A DNA stretch of 64,000 nucleotides from Escherichia coli (lineage in GTDB: Bacteria > Pseudomonadota > Gammaproteobacteria > Enterobacterales > Enterobacteriaceae): the NCBI RefSeq assembly GCF_024298765.1, contig NZ_CP101210.1; one strand, given 5' to 3'. Shown piece by piece: positions 23,530 through 32,600 of this stretch. The stretch's first letter is position 1. Each line of letters begins with the position of its first letter. A program made the translations under genes and the position numbers. Below the pieces are notes generated by a model, which was given only the letters and a program-made list of their open reading frames with translations, made no database searches and was not told where the DNA came from.

Positions 23530-24879
23530 TTGGCGGGTTTTAACATCAAACATTGGTTTGCAGATGGCGCGTTTCGCACCATTATTCGCAATAGCGCCTG
23601 GTTAGGCTCCAGTAATGTCGTGAGCGCTTTGCTGGGTCTGTTGGCGCTCTCGTGTGCCGGTAAAGGGATGACGCCCGCCATGTTTGGCGTACTGGTGATT
23701 GTACAATCGTACGCCAAGTCGATCAGCGATTTTATTAAGTTTCAGACATGGCAGCTGGTGGTTCAGTACGGAACACCAGCATTAACCAACAATAATCCGC
23801 AGCAATTCCGCAATGTCGTCTCATTTTCCTTCTCGCTGGATATCGTCAGCGGCGCGGTGGCGATTGTCGGCGGCATTGCCTTACTCCCTTTTCTTTCCCA
23901 TTCATTAGGTCTGGATGACCAAAGCTTTTGGCTGGCAGCGCTGTATTGCACGCTCATTCCTTCAATGGCTTCCTCCACGCCGACCGGCATTCTGCGTGCG
24001 GTAGATCGCTTCGATCTAATTGCTGTACAGCAAGCGACGAAACCTTTTCTGCGCGCAGCGGGGAGCGTCGTTGCCTGGTATTTTGACTTTGGTTTTGCGG
24101 GTTTTGTTATTGCCTGGTACGCCTCGAATCTTGTTGGCGGCACCATGTACTGGTGGTTTGCCGCACGTGAATTACGCCGCAGAAATATCCATAACGCGTT
24201 CAAATTGAATCTGTTTGAGTCTGCCCGACACATCAAAGGCGCGTGGAGTTTTGTCTGGTCAACCAACATTGCCCATTCCATCTGGTCGGCGCGTAATTCG
24301 TGCAGCACAGTGTTGGTGGGGATCGTGTTAGGACCCGCTGCCGCCGGGTTATTTAAAATCGCCATGACATTCTTCGACGCCGCCGGAACGCCAGCGGGTT
24401 TACTGGGCAAAAGTTTTTACCCAGAGGTGATGCGTTTAGATCCGCGTACCACCAGACCGTGGTTGTTAGGCGTGAAGTCAGGTTTACTGGCGGGCGGAAT
24501 CGGTATTCTGGTGGCGCTCGCGGTGTTGATTGTCGGCAAGCCGCTCATTTCGCTGGTGTTTGGCGTTAAGTATCTCGAAGCGTATGACCTGATTCAGGTG
24601 ATGCTGGGCGCAATTGTGATCTCGATGCTGGGCTTCCCTCAGGAGTCATTGCTATTGATGGCGGGAAAACAGCGCGCTTTTCTCGTGGCGCAAACCATCG
24701 CCTCAATCGGCTACATCGTATTGCTGTTCATGTTCTGTCATCTGTTTGGCGTGCTGGGAGCAGCGTTTGCTTATTTCGGTGGTCAATGTCTGGATGTGGT
24801 GCTTTCGCTAATTCCGACCTTAAAGGCATTTTTTCAGCGCCATTCCTTGCTTTATAACGCAGCCGGAGAGAAATCCTGA
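23530..24879 (+). CDS. yghQ: MOP/Wzx-like multi-pass membrane flippase-family protein (start uncertain)
   Basis: Long hydrophobic ORF; first in-frame ATG at 23668; frame open upstream to TTG at 23530. Confidence 0.65.
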   Translation: MAGFNIKHWFADGAFRTIIRNSAWLGSSNVVSALLGLLALSCAGKGMTPAMFGVLVIVQSYAKSISDFIKFQTWQLVVQYGTPALTNNNPQQFRNVVSFSFSLDIVSGAVAIVGGIALLPFLSHSLGLDDQSFWLAALYCTLIPSMASSTPTGILRAVDRFDLIAVQQATKPFLRAAGSVVAWYFDFGFAGFVIAWYASNLVGGTMYWWFAARELRRRNIHNAFKLNLFESARHIKGAWSFVWSTNIAHSIWSARNSCSTVLVGIVLGPAAAGLFKIAMTFFDAAGTPAGLLGKSFYPEVMRLDPRTTRPWLLGVKSGLLAGGIGILVALAVLIVGKPLISLVFGVKYLEAYDLIQVMLGAIVISMLGFPQESLLLMAGKQRAFLVAQTIASIGYIVLLFMFCHLFGVLGAAFAYFGGQCLDVVLSLIPTLKAFFQRHSLLYNAAGEKS

Positions 24880-25703
24880 TGATGAGAAAATATTTCCCGC
24901 TAGAGGCGAGCGAGCGTCTATTTGTTGCGATTGAAGAAGATGATGTCGTTGATGCACAGGTCAGTTTGCCGCCGACTATCGCACTAAGTTGTACCACCGA
25001 AATCATCCATGATAATTACGCGTTATGCCTGCAATTCTGGCTCAATGGCGTCAATCGCCAGGAGTTACTGCGTTTAATATGCAAACAGGCCAAAGGCGAT
25101 GAGCTGACTGCTGATGAGCGCAAACAATTTAAATACATGCGAGCGCGCTACAAGCACCTGCGTTTTGCGCAACGGCTGTATTTAAAGAAGCATCAGGCCG
25201 GATTTTTATTCGGCAAAACGACCGTTTTTTTGGGGCGTTTTCAGGACGGCTTTCGTAACGGTAAGAAAAATATTGTGTCGTATTACGGCAACCTGTTACG
25301 GGTTTATTTAAGCTCTCCGGTCTGGTCGTTGGTGAACTATTCATTACGCCATAGCCAGTTAGAAAGCGTAAGCGGTTTTATTGCCTATCGGCAAAAGCAA
25401 ATGCATACCCTGAAAGAGATAATTGCCAAACCGCGACTAACCGGCAGGGAATTTCATGATGTGCGAAAAATCATCAGCCAGCAGGTTTCTTATTACGACA
25501 CCCTAAGATCGCTTGATCCTGAAAATAAAGAAGCGTTACAGATTTCCCGCTTCCTCGCCGCCATTAATGGCCTGATGGGGGATAAACACGACGACATGGT
25601 GGCGGATGATATGGAAAACCGCCAGTCGTATGATGCACCGATGGCGCTGGATAGCGATATTCGCCAGCGCTTAGAACTGCTGATTTCGCGTTTTCCGCTA
25701 TAA
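24879..25703 (+). CDS. hypothetical cytoplasmic protein, 274 aa (island gene)
   Basis: ATG overlaps yghQ stop (TGATG); GGAGAG RBS at 24865-24870; no domain recognised. Confidence 0.6.
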   Translation: MMRKYFPLEASERLFVAIEEDDVVDAQVSLPPTIALSCTTEIIHDNYALCLQFWLNGVNRQELLRLICKQAKGDELTADERKQFKYMRARYKHLRFAQRLYLKKHQAGFLFGKTTVFLGRFQDGFRNGKKNIVSYYGNLLRVYLSSPVWSLVNYSLRHSQLESVSGFIAYRQKQMHTLKEIIAKPRLTGREFHDVRKIISQQVSYYDTLRSLDPENKEALQISRFLAAINGLMGDKHDDMVADDMENRQSYDAPMALDSDIRQRLELLISRFPL

Positions 25704-25711
25704 CCGGAGCA

Positions 25712-26275
25712 ATGATGTCATCTCGTTTGATTATTGCGCTGATTATCATGCTCTTAGCCCCGGGTGTGCAGGCACACAATTTCGTCACTGGCAAAACGGT
25801 TACCCCCGTTTATATCCAGGAAGGCGGCGAGCTGCTTCGGAATAGCGACGACGAAATTCACTACCAAAAGTGGAACAGCACCCAATTGGCGGGAAAAGTT
25901 CGCATTATTCAGTATATCGCCGGGCGTAAGTCGGCGAAGAAAAAGAACTCACTGTTAATTAAAGCAGTTGAAGCGGCAAACTTTCCGCAGGATCGTTTTC
26001 AGCCCACCACCATTGTGAACACTGATGATGCCATCTTTGGTACCGGCTATTTTGTCGTTGGCAAAATCGAAAAAAATAAACGCCGCTATCCATGGGCGCA
26101 ATTCGTTATTGACGGCAATGGACAGGGACGCGTTGCCTGGCACTTGCAGGAGCAGAGTTCAACCATTCTGGTGCTGAATAAAACCGGGCAAATTCAGTGG
26201 GCAAAGGACGGCAGCCTGACGCCGGAAGAGGTAGATCATGTCATTGCGCTGGCGCAGAAGCTGATCAATGAATAA
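25712..26275 (+). CDS. YtfJ-family secreted/periplasmic protein paralog
   Basis: 187 aa; signal peptide MMSSRLIIALIIMLLAPGVQA; strong resemblance to E. coli YtfJ as recalled (KVRxxQHIAGR, TTIVNTDDAI, VQWAKDGxLTPEEV). Confidence 0.65.
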   Translation: MMSSRLIIALIIMLLAPGVQAHNFVTGKTVTPVYIQEGGELLRNSDDEIHYQKWNSTQLAGKVRIIQYIAGRKSAKKKNSLLIKAVEAANFPQDRFQPTTIVNTDDAIFGTGYFVVGKIEKNKRRYPWAQFVIDGNGQGRVAWHLQEQSSTILVLNKTGQIQWAKDGSLTPEEVDHVIALAQKLINE

Positions 26276-26304
26276 AAATTCAAAGGATTGAGGGCGTTAG
26301 TGAG

Positions 26305-27375
26305 ATGAAGCTGGTTGAACACTACATCATGCGTGGTACGCGCCGTCTGGTGCTGATTATCGTCGGTTTTCTGATCTTTATTTTCGCCAGCTACTCCGCA
26401 CAGCGTTATCTGACCGAAGCGGCAAATGGGACATTAGCTCTTGATGTTGTGCTGGATATCGTTTTCTACAAAGTGCTGATTGCACTGGAGATGTTGTTAC
26501 CTGTTGGACTGTATGTGTCAGTTGGCGTGACGCTAGGGCAGATGTATACCGACTCGGAAATTACCGCTATCTCTGCGGCGGGGGGCAGTCCGGGACGCTT
26601 GTACAAAGCCGTTCTTTATCTGGCGATACCGCTAAGTATTTTTGTCACCCTTCTGTCGATGTATGGTCGTCCGTGGGCTTATGCGCAGATTTATCAACTG
26701 GAGCAACAGTCACAGTCGGAGCTGGATGTTCGCCAGTTGCGGGCAAAGAAATTTAACACTAACGATAACGGACGAATGATCCTTTCGCAGACGGTTGATC
26801 AGGATAATAATCGCCTGACTGATGCGCTGATTTATACTTCTACTGCTAATCGAACCCGCATTTTCCGCGCCCGTTCGGTTGATGTGGTTGACCCATCACC
26901 TGAGAAACCGACCGTTATGTTGCATAACGGGACCGCCTATCTTCTCGATCATCAGGGGCGTGACGACAACGAACAGATCTACCGTAATCTGCAATTACAT
27001 CTGAATCCGCTGGATCAAAGCCCTAACGTCAAACGCAAAGCAAAATCGGTCACGGAGCTGGCGCGCTCCGCCTTTCCTGCCGATCATGCCGAACTGCAAT
27101 GGCGACAAAGCCGTGGCCTGACAGCATTGTTGATGGCGCTGCTGGCCATTTCATTAAGTCGGGTAAAACCGCGGCAAGGGCGATTTTCAACGTTATTGCC
27201 ACTGACGTTGCTGTTTGTTGCCATTTTTTATGGCGGCGACGTCTGCCGTACGCTGGTGGCTAACGGCGCGATTCCCCTCATTCCTGGTTTGTGGTTAGTA
27301 CCCGGACTCATGCTAATGGGCCTGCTGATGTTGGTCGCACGCGACTTCTCTTTGCTGCAGAAATTTTCCCGATGA
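26305..27375 (+). CDS. LptF-like permease (YjgP/YjgQ family) paralog
   Basis: 356 aa; 6-TM pattern with large periplasmic loop; YTDSEIT and KPRQGRF motifs resembling LptF. Confidence 0.7.
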   Translation: MKLVEHYIMRGTRRLVLIIVGFLIFIFASYSAQRYLTEAANGTLALDVVLDIVFYKVLIALEMLLPVGLYVSVGVTLGQMYTDSEITAISAAGGSPGRLYKAVLYLAIPLSIFVTLLSMYGRPWAYAQIYQLEQQSQSELDVRQLRAKKFNTNDNGRMILSQTVDQDNNRLTDALIYTSTANRTRIFRARSVDVVDPSPEKPTVMLHNGTAYLLDHQGRDDNEQIYRNLQLHLNPLDQSPNVKRKAKSVTELARSAFPADHAELQWRQSRGLTALLMALLAISLSRVKPRQGRFSTLLPLTLLFVAIFYGGDVCRTLVANGAIPLIPGLWLVPGLMLMGLLMLVARDFSLLQKFSR

Positions 27376-28451
27376 ATGTTTTCAGTCGCTATTTAATCCG
27401 TCATCTCTTTCTCGGTTTTGCCGCCGCCGCAGGGCTATTGCTGCCGCTTTTTACCACCTTCAACCTGATTAACGAACTGGATGATGTCAGCCCGGGTGGT
27501 TATCGCTGGACTCAGGCGGTGCTGGTGGTGCTGATGACCTTACCGCGCACACTGGTCGAACTTTCGCCGTTTATCGCCTTATTGGGAGGGATTGTCGGCC
27601 TGGGGCAGTTATCGAAAAACAGTGAGCTTACCGCCATTCGCAGCACGGGGTTTTCTATCTTCCGTATTGCACTGGTGGCGCTGGTTGCCGGGATATTGTG
27701 GACTGTTTCATTAGGCGCGATAGATGAGTGGGTGGCGTCGCCATTGCAGCAACAGGCGCTGCAAATCAAATCGACTGCCACTGCGTTGGGGGAGGACGAT
27801 GACATTACCGGCAATATGCTGTGGGCCAGGCGTGGTAATGAATTTGTGACGGTGAAATCGCTGAACGAGCAGGGCCAGCCGGTGGACGTGGAGATATTTC
27901 ATTACCGCGATGATCTCTCGCTCGAATCCTACATTTATGCGCGCAGTGCTACCATTGAAGACGACAAAACGTGGATCCTGCATGGTGTGAATCATAAAAA
28001 ATGGCTGAATGGCAAAGAAACGCAGGAAACATCTGATAATCTTCCCTGGCAATCGGCCTTCACCAGTATGAATCTTGAAGAGTTATCGATGCCGGGAAAT
28101 ACTTTTTCTGTCCGTCAACTTAATCATTACATCCATTATTTGCAGGAAACCGGGCAACCCAGCAGCGAATACCGCCTTGCACTGTGGGAAAAACTGGGAC
28201 AACCCATCTTGACCCTGGCGATGATTTTGCTGGCTGTGCCGTTTACCTTTAGCGCCCCGCGTTCGCCTGGGATGGGTAGCCGTCTCGCTGTAGGCGTCAT
28301 CGTTGGCTTACTCACCTGGATCAGCTATCAAATCATGGTCAATCTGGGATTGTTATTTGCGTTGAGCGCACCTGTTACCGCGCTCGGTTTACCGGTAGCG
28401 TTTGTGCTGGTGGCGTTGAGCCTGGTGTATTGGTATGACAGACAACATTAA
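27372..28451 (+). CDS. LptG-like permease (YjgP/YjgQ family) paralog
   Basis: ATG at 27372 overlaps upstream stop (ATGA); MNVFSRYLIRHLF N-terminus typical of LptF/G family; 359 aa. Confidence 0.7.
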   Translation: MNVFSRYLIRHLFLGFAAAAGLLLPLFTTFNLINELDDVSPGGYRWTQAVLVVLMTLPRTLVELSPFIALLGGIVGLGQLSKNSELTAIRSTGFSIFRIALVALVAGILWTVSLGAIDEWVASPLQQQALQIKSTATALGEDDDITGNMLWARRGNEFVTVKSLNEQGQPVDVEIFHYRDDLSLESYIYARSATIEDDKTWILHGVNHKKWLNGKETQETSDNLPWQSAFTSMNLEELSMPGNTFSVRQLNHYIHYLQETGQPSSEYRLALWEKLGQPILTLAMILLAVPFTFSAPRSPGMGSRLAVGVIVGLLTWISYQIMVNLGLLFALSAPVTALGLPVAFVLVALSLVYWYDRQH

Positions 28452-28485
28452 ACCCGCCGTGGCGCAACACCACAGCGGGCTCACA

Positions 28486-29658
28486 TTACTGCTTCAGAGT
28501 AGCAAATGCCTGAATGATGGCATCGATTTGCTCACGACTGTGGGCAGCGTTTACGCTACAGCGCAGCAGCGTGATGCCTGCAGGCGCGGCAGGTGGCAGG
28601 ATAAGATTCACATAAACGCCCAGCGAAATAAGCTCGCGCCAGATGCGTAAACCTTCCTCTTTCGAACCGATTATTACTGGCACTACCGGGCTAATATGTG
28701 AACTTAACTCATAACCCAGTTTTTGCAGACCGTCATACAGATGGTTGGCGTTATCCATCAGTTTTTGCCGCAGCTCTGGTTGTGTGGAAATGGTTCTTAA
28801 CGACGAGCGCACGGTCGCAATGCAGGACGGAGAAGGAGAGGCGGTAAAAATATACGGGCGGCTGCCGTAGCGCAGCACTTCCATCGCTTCTGAACCCACG
28901 GCAAAACCACCAATGGAAGCCAAACTTTTACTGAAGGTGCCGACGATAATATCCACGTCGTCTTCAACGCCAACGGCTTCAACCAGTCCGCGGCCTGTTG
29001 CGCCTAACACGCCAAACGAATGTGCTTCATCGACAATCAAATAACCACCGAGACGACGTTTGATATCAACAATTTCTGCCAGCGGCGCAACGTCACCGAG
29101 CATACTGTAGATGCCTTCAACGATAATAATCGCCTCTTTCGCCCGTTCACCGAGGCGGACCATGCGCCGTTCCAGATCGTTGACGTCATTATGGCGGAAA
29201 CGAATAATCTCTGCGCCGCCGAGAGAACAGGCGTCATAAATACTGGCGTGGCTGTCGGCATCCAGTAACACCACGGCGTTATGGTCGGCAAGTGCGCTGA
29301 TGACACCTAAATTAGCGGTATAACCGGTTGAAAAAACGATAGCGGTAGGGCGATTGAAAAACTCGGCAATCTCTTTCTCTAACGCCAGATGCGGCGCATA
29401 ACTGCCGTTTGCCATACGAGAACCGGTGGTGCCAGTGCCTTGGGCCGCTAACGCTGCCTGACCTTCGCGGATAGCATCATGATTAAAGGTTAAACCGAGA
29501 TAATTATTGGTCCCGGCCAGAATCACTTTTTTATTGCCGATCCGGCCTTCGGTGGCGGAATACACTTCATCAATACAGGTGCCAAATGGTGTTAACCCGT
29601 TGTCACTAAATTGCAGGCGCTCGCCAGCAAGGCGCGCATATTTATCGTATAGCCCCAT
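28486..29658 (-). CDS. alpha-oxoamine synthase, serine palmitoyltransferase-like (PLP-dependent)
   Basis: 390 aa; DEAHSFG and GTFSKSLAS motifs (Lys244 codon at 28927-28929) typical of SPT/KBL/AONS family. Confidence 0.75.
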   Translation of the reverse strand: MGLYDKYARLAGERLQFSDNGLTPFGTCIDEVYSATEGRIGNKKVILAGTNNYLGLTFNHDAIREGQAALAAQGTGTTGSRMANGSYAPHLALEKEIAEFFNRPTAIVFSTGYTANLGVISALADHNAVVLLDADSHASIYDACSLGGAEIIRFRHNDVNDLERRMVRLGERAKEAIIIVEGIYSMLGDVAPLAEIVDIKRRLGGYLIVDEAHSFGVLGATGRGLVEAVGVEDDVDIIVGTFSKSLASIGGFAVGSEAMEVLRYGSRPYIFTASPSPSCIATVRSSLRTISTQPELRQKLMDNANHLYDGLQKLGYELSSHISPVVPVIIGSKEEGLRIWRELISLGVYVNLILPPAAPAGITLLRCSVNAAHSREQIDAIIQAFATLKQ

Positions 29659-29906
29659 TATTTATTCTCCAGCCATGGAAGTAGAGTTTCCATTAATTGC
29701 GCAGGGGTTTTGACATCCAGCAGAATATTAATAGGAATGGAAATATCGAATCTGTCTTCCAGCATCATTAAGAGATCCATCACTTTGATCGACTCCAGGC
29801 CAAGATCGTTGACGAGATCGCTGTCGGGCTTAATTTCCACACCGTTTTCGACCAAATCCTGTAAACAGGAAAGGATGTAATCCATTACTATTTCACGATT
29901 TACCAT
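29658..29906 (-). CDS. dedicated acyl carrier protein
   Basis: 82 aa; DLGLESIKVMDLLMMLEDRF helix-2 region with candidate phosphopantetheine Ser; stop overlaps AOS start (TAATG). Confidence 0.65.
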   Translation of the reverse strand: MVNREIVMDYILSCLQDLVENGVEIKPDSDLVNDLGLESIKVMDLLMMLEDRFDISIPINILLDVKTPAQLMETLLPWLENK

Positions 29907-29937
29907 AGAAACGTTAACACACCTTTAAACAAGACAA

Positions 29938-30852
29938 TCAAAATAGCCCGTTGCGTAATGCGTGTTCCAGGCTAATCCCGGGAAACCAATTAATATCTTC
30001 AGAAATACGGTTATTATTTGCCGACCAGTCGGCGTGGGTTAATTCACGAATTTTCGAGCGGGTCAGCATAGGTTCTTTACCTGCCAGGCGACTCAACGCA
30101 GTACTGATATCCGCAAGGCAGGTGAGTAGCGGCAGAGGAATGCCAACCATCCGCACAGAACCACAACGGGCTTCGGCGGCAAGCTGTCGTACGCGTTGCC
30201 AGTCATAGCCGCCAGCGACGCCATCGCATAATTCATAGGTTTGCGTCTGTACAGTTTCGGCGTTTAACCACTGACCCACTGCTTGCGCAAAATCGGTGAC
30301 GTGCAGGAAAGAGAGTTGTGTATCTGGCGCACCAAGTCGTGGCAGCAGGCCGCGCAGCATCCAGTCAAACAGCGGTTTTAACTCTTTATCGCCGGGACCA
30401 TACACGGCTGTCGGGCGAAAAATGCCCAGCGTAATTTCGTCAGCCATTGCGATCAGTCGTTGTTCGGCGACGTGTTTGGAATTTGCGTACCAGGAGAGTT
30501 CGGGATGGCGCGCCGCCAGCGAAGAGATAAACAGAAAACGTTGGCAAAAGCCGCTCTCTTTTGCCGCTTGCATCAGGCGCAGGCTGCCGTCAACGTTACA
30601 GCGGGTAAAAATCTCTTCTTTGTGTCCGCGCACTTGTCCGGCGCAATGGACCACCGCGCTGGCTCCGGCAACCAGTTCGCTAAGCGAATGTGTATCTTCC
30701 AGCGAACCGCGCACCCAGATGAGATTATCATTGACGTGAGCGCGGGCAGTACGCGTCAATGTGCGAACGTGAAAGCCGCGGGCGAGCAGGTTATCGATAA
30801 TATATTTACCGATAAACCCGGTAGCGCCCGTCACCGCGACAGTTTGATTCAT
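29938..30852 (-). CDS. NAD(P)-dependent epimerase/dehydratase-fold reductase
   Basis: ATG at 30852 (MNQTVAVTGATGFIGKYI), 304 aa; YANSK catalytic dyad; track ORF has an N-terminal extension overlapping the upstream gene. Confidence 0.7.
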   Translation of the reverse strand: MNQTVAVTGATGFIGKYIIDNLLARGFHVRTLTRTARAHVNDNLIWVRGSLEDTHSLSELVAGASAVVHCAGQVRGHKEEIFTRCNVDGSLRLMQAAKESGFCQRFLFISSLAARHPELSWYANSKHVAEQRLIAMADEITLGIFRPTAVYGPGDKELKPLFDWMLRGLLPRLGAPDTQLSFLHVTDFAQAVGQWLNAETVQTQTYELCDGVAGGYDWQRVRQLAAEARCGSVRMVGIPLPLLTCLADISTALSRLAGKEPMLTRSKIRELTHADWSANNNRISEDINWFPGISLEHALRNGLF

Positions 30853-32573
30853 GCCAGGGATTCCTGCACATGAAGGCTTGCAGCATAAGCCTTCTGATAA
30901 CGTTTTTTCGCTTCCGCACGGGCAGGCTTGCCGGAGGACGTTCGGGGAATACTGTGGGGCGGCAACAGATCGATAGCCGCGGTCACGCCAAATTCGCTTT
31001 GGATCCGTGCTACCAGTGCGTGGATAAGCTGCCCACGACGTTCTTCGTCGCTGATCCGACACTGGATCTGCAAAATGATTTTTTCCTGGGCGGTAACAAA
31101 AGCAATCGCATCGCCAGAATGAATTTCCGGTTCCTGTTCCGCAATGTATTCAATATCCTGCGGCCAGATATTACGGCCACGAATAATAATCAGATCTTTA
31201 ATGCGTCCGGTGACATACAGATAACCGTCCAGCAGATAACCGAGGTCGCCGGTGTCTAACCAGCCCGTCGCGGCAATCTCGTCTTGCGAAACCTGGTCGC
31301 CAAAGTACCCGCTCATCAGGCTGGGGCCGGAGATGCAAATATGGCCTACCACACGTTCCGCGACAGGTATATCTGCTTCATTGCGGATTTCAATGCCATG
31401 TTCCGGCAACGCTTTACCGCAGTTGACGAAAGTCGATACGGCGCGTGTTTCAGCACCCGGCGCGACGGCTTTACCCTGGTATTCGAGGATGTCGCGATCC
31501 ACTTCGTTAACCACAACCCCGCAGGCTTCATCAGAGAAGCTGACAGCCAGCGCATTTTCTGCCAGTCCGTAGCACGGCATGAAAGTTTTATCGTCAAAGT
31601 TAACCTGACGAAAACATTCAGCGAATTGATGGAGTTGTTCTGCGGAGATCGGTTCTGCTCCAATACCAGCGACGCGCCAGCAGGAAAGATCCAGTTCAGC
31701 GAGATCTTTTTCATTCACGCGGCGCTGGCACAATTCATAGCCAAACGGCGGTGCAACGGAAACGGTGCCGCGATTTTTACTGATCAATTTAAGCCATTGC
31801 AGAGGACGCATGGCAAAATCCTGAGTGCGCAAATAATCTACTGAAAGCTGCGTGGCGACGGGGGTCAGGAGAAAGCCGACCAGTCCCATATCATGGTAGA
31901 AAGGCAGCCAGGAGACGCAGCGGTCGCCAGGGCGTAATTTAATGCCATCGTGGCTTATAGCACGTAGATTAGCCATCACTTCGTGATGGGTGATAATGAC
32001 GCCACGGGGAAAACGGGTGCTGCCGGAGGTGTACTGGAGGTAGGCGATATCGTTCGGAACTGGACGCTGGAGCGCAACATCGGCTTCCGGTAATGCCTTA
32101 AACCAGGCGTGGCTTAAAACATGTAATTCGGGGTTGTTGTTATGCGTCGCGGCATTGACCAGCGGTAACCACTCATCACCAGTGATAATGGCTGCGGGCT
32201 GGCAACTTGCCAGTAAACCCTGCAGTTTGGCGCTCCAGGAATCCCGCTGACCGACGCCCATTGGAATCGCCAACGGGACGGCGACTAAGCCGGCACACTG
32301 GCAGGAAAAAAAAGCCTCTACAAACCCGCTACTCGTTTCGGCAATCAGCGCCACGCGATCGCCTTTTTTCAGGTTCAGCGATAACAACCGCTTCGCACCA
32401 GCTTCGGCACGCGCTTTTAACGTCTGATATTCCAGTTGATCTTCAAGTTGGCAACGTCTGTCATAAAAATTCATTCCGGCGCTACTCAGAGCGGCGTAGT
32501 CCAAAGCATCAACCAGCGTTGGAAAATCGGCATAGCGCATAGGTAGGGAATGCGTAAAGATTTTATTAGACAT
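30849..32573 (-). CDS. fatty acyl-AMP ligase / acyl-ACP synthetase-like adenylating enzyme
   Basis: About 574 aa from ATG at 32573; YTSGSTRFPRG core motif; GRIKDLIIIRGRNIWPQDIE; stop overlaps next start. Confidence 0.7.
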   Translation of the reverse strand: MSNKIFTHSLPMRYADFPTLVDALDYAALSSAGMNFYDRRCQLEDQLEYQTLKARAEAGAKRLLSLNLKKGDRVALIAETSSGFVEAFFSCQCAGLVAVPLAIPMGVGQRDSWSAKLQGLLASCQPAAIITGDEWLPLVNAATHNNNPELHVLSHAWFKALPEADVALQRPVPNDIAYLQYTSGSTRFPRGVIITHHEVMANLRAISHDGIKLRPGDRCVSWLPFYHDMGLVGFLLTPVATQLSVDYLRTQDFAMRPLQWLKLISKNRGTVSVAPPFGYELCQRRVNEKDLAELDLSCWRVAGIGAEPISAEQLHQFAECFRQVNFDDKTFMPCYGLAENALAVSFSDEACGVVVNEVDRDILEYQGKAVAPGAETRAVSTFVNCGKALPEHGIEIRNEADIPVAERVVGHICISGPSLMSGYFGDQVSQDEIAATGWLDTGDLGYLLDGYLYVTGRIKDLIIIRGRNIWPQDIEYIAEQEPEIHSGDAIAFVTAQEKIILQIQCRISDEERRGQLIHALVARIQSEFGVTAAIDLLPPHSIPRTSSGKPARAEAKKRYQKAYAASLHVQESLA

Positions 32574-32600
32574 ATACACCACGAAAAAATTGGATATCAA

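Noticed and set aside
29938-31062. 374-aa version of the reductase ORF
   Set aside because: The N-terminal 70 codons overlap the 3' end of the ligase gene in another frame; the Rossmann motif begins right after the internal ATG at 30852, so the shorter 304-aa form is preferred
24879-32600. IS element or transposase at the yghQ–yghO junction
   Set aside because: No transposase-like ORF or terminal inverted repeats were seen; the region is filled by the lipid-locus genes instead
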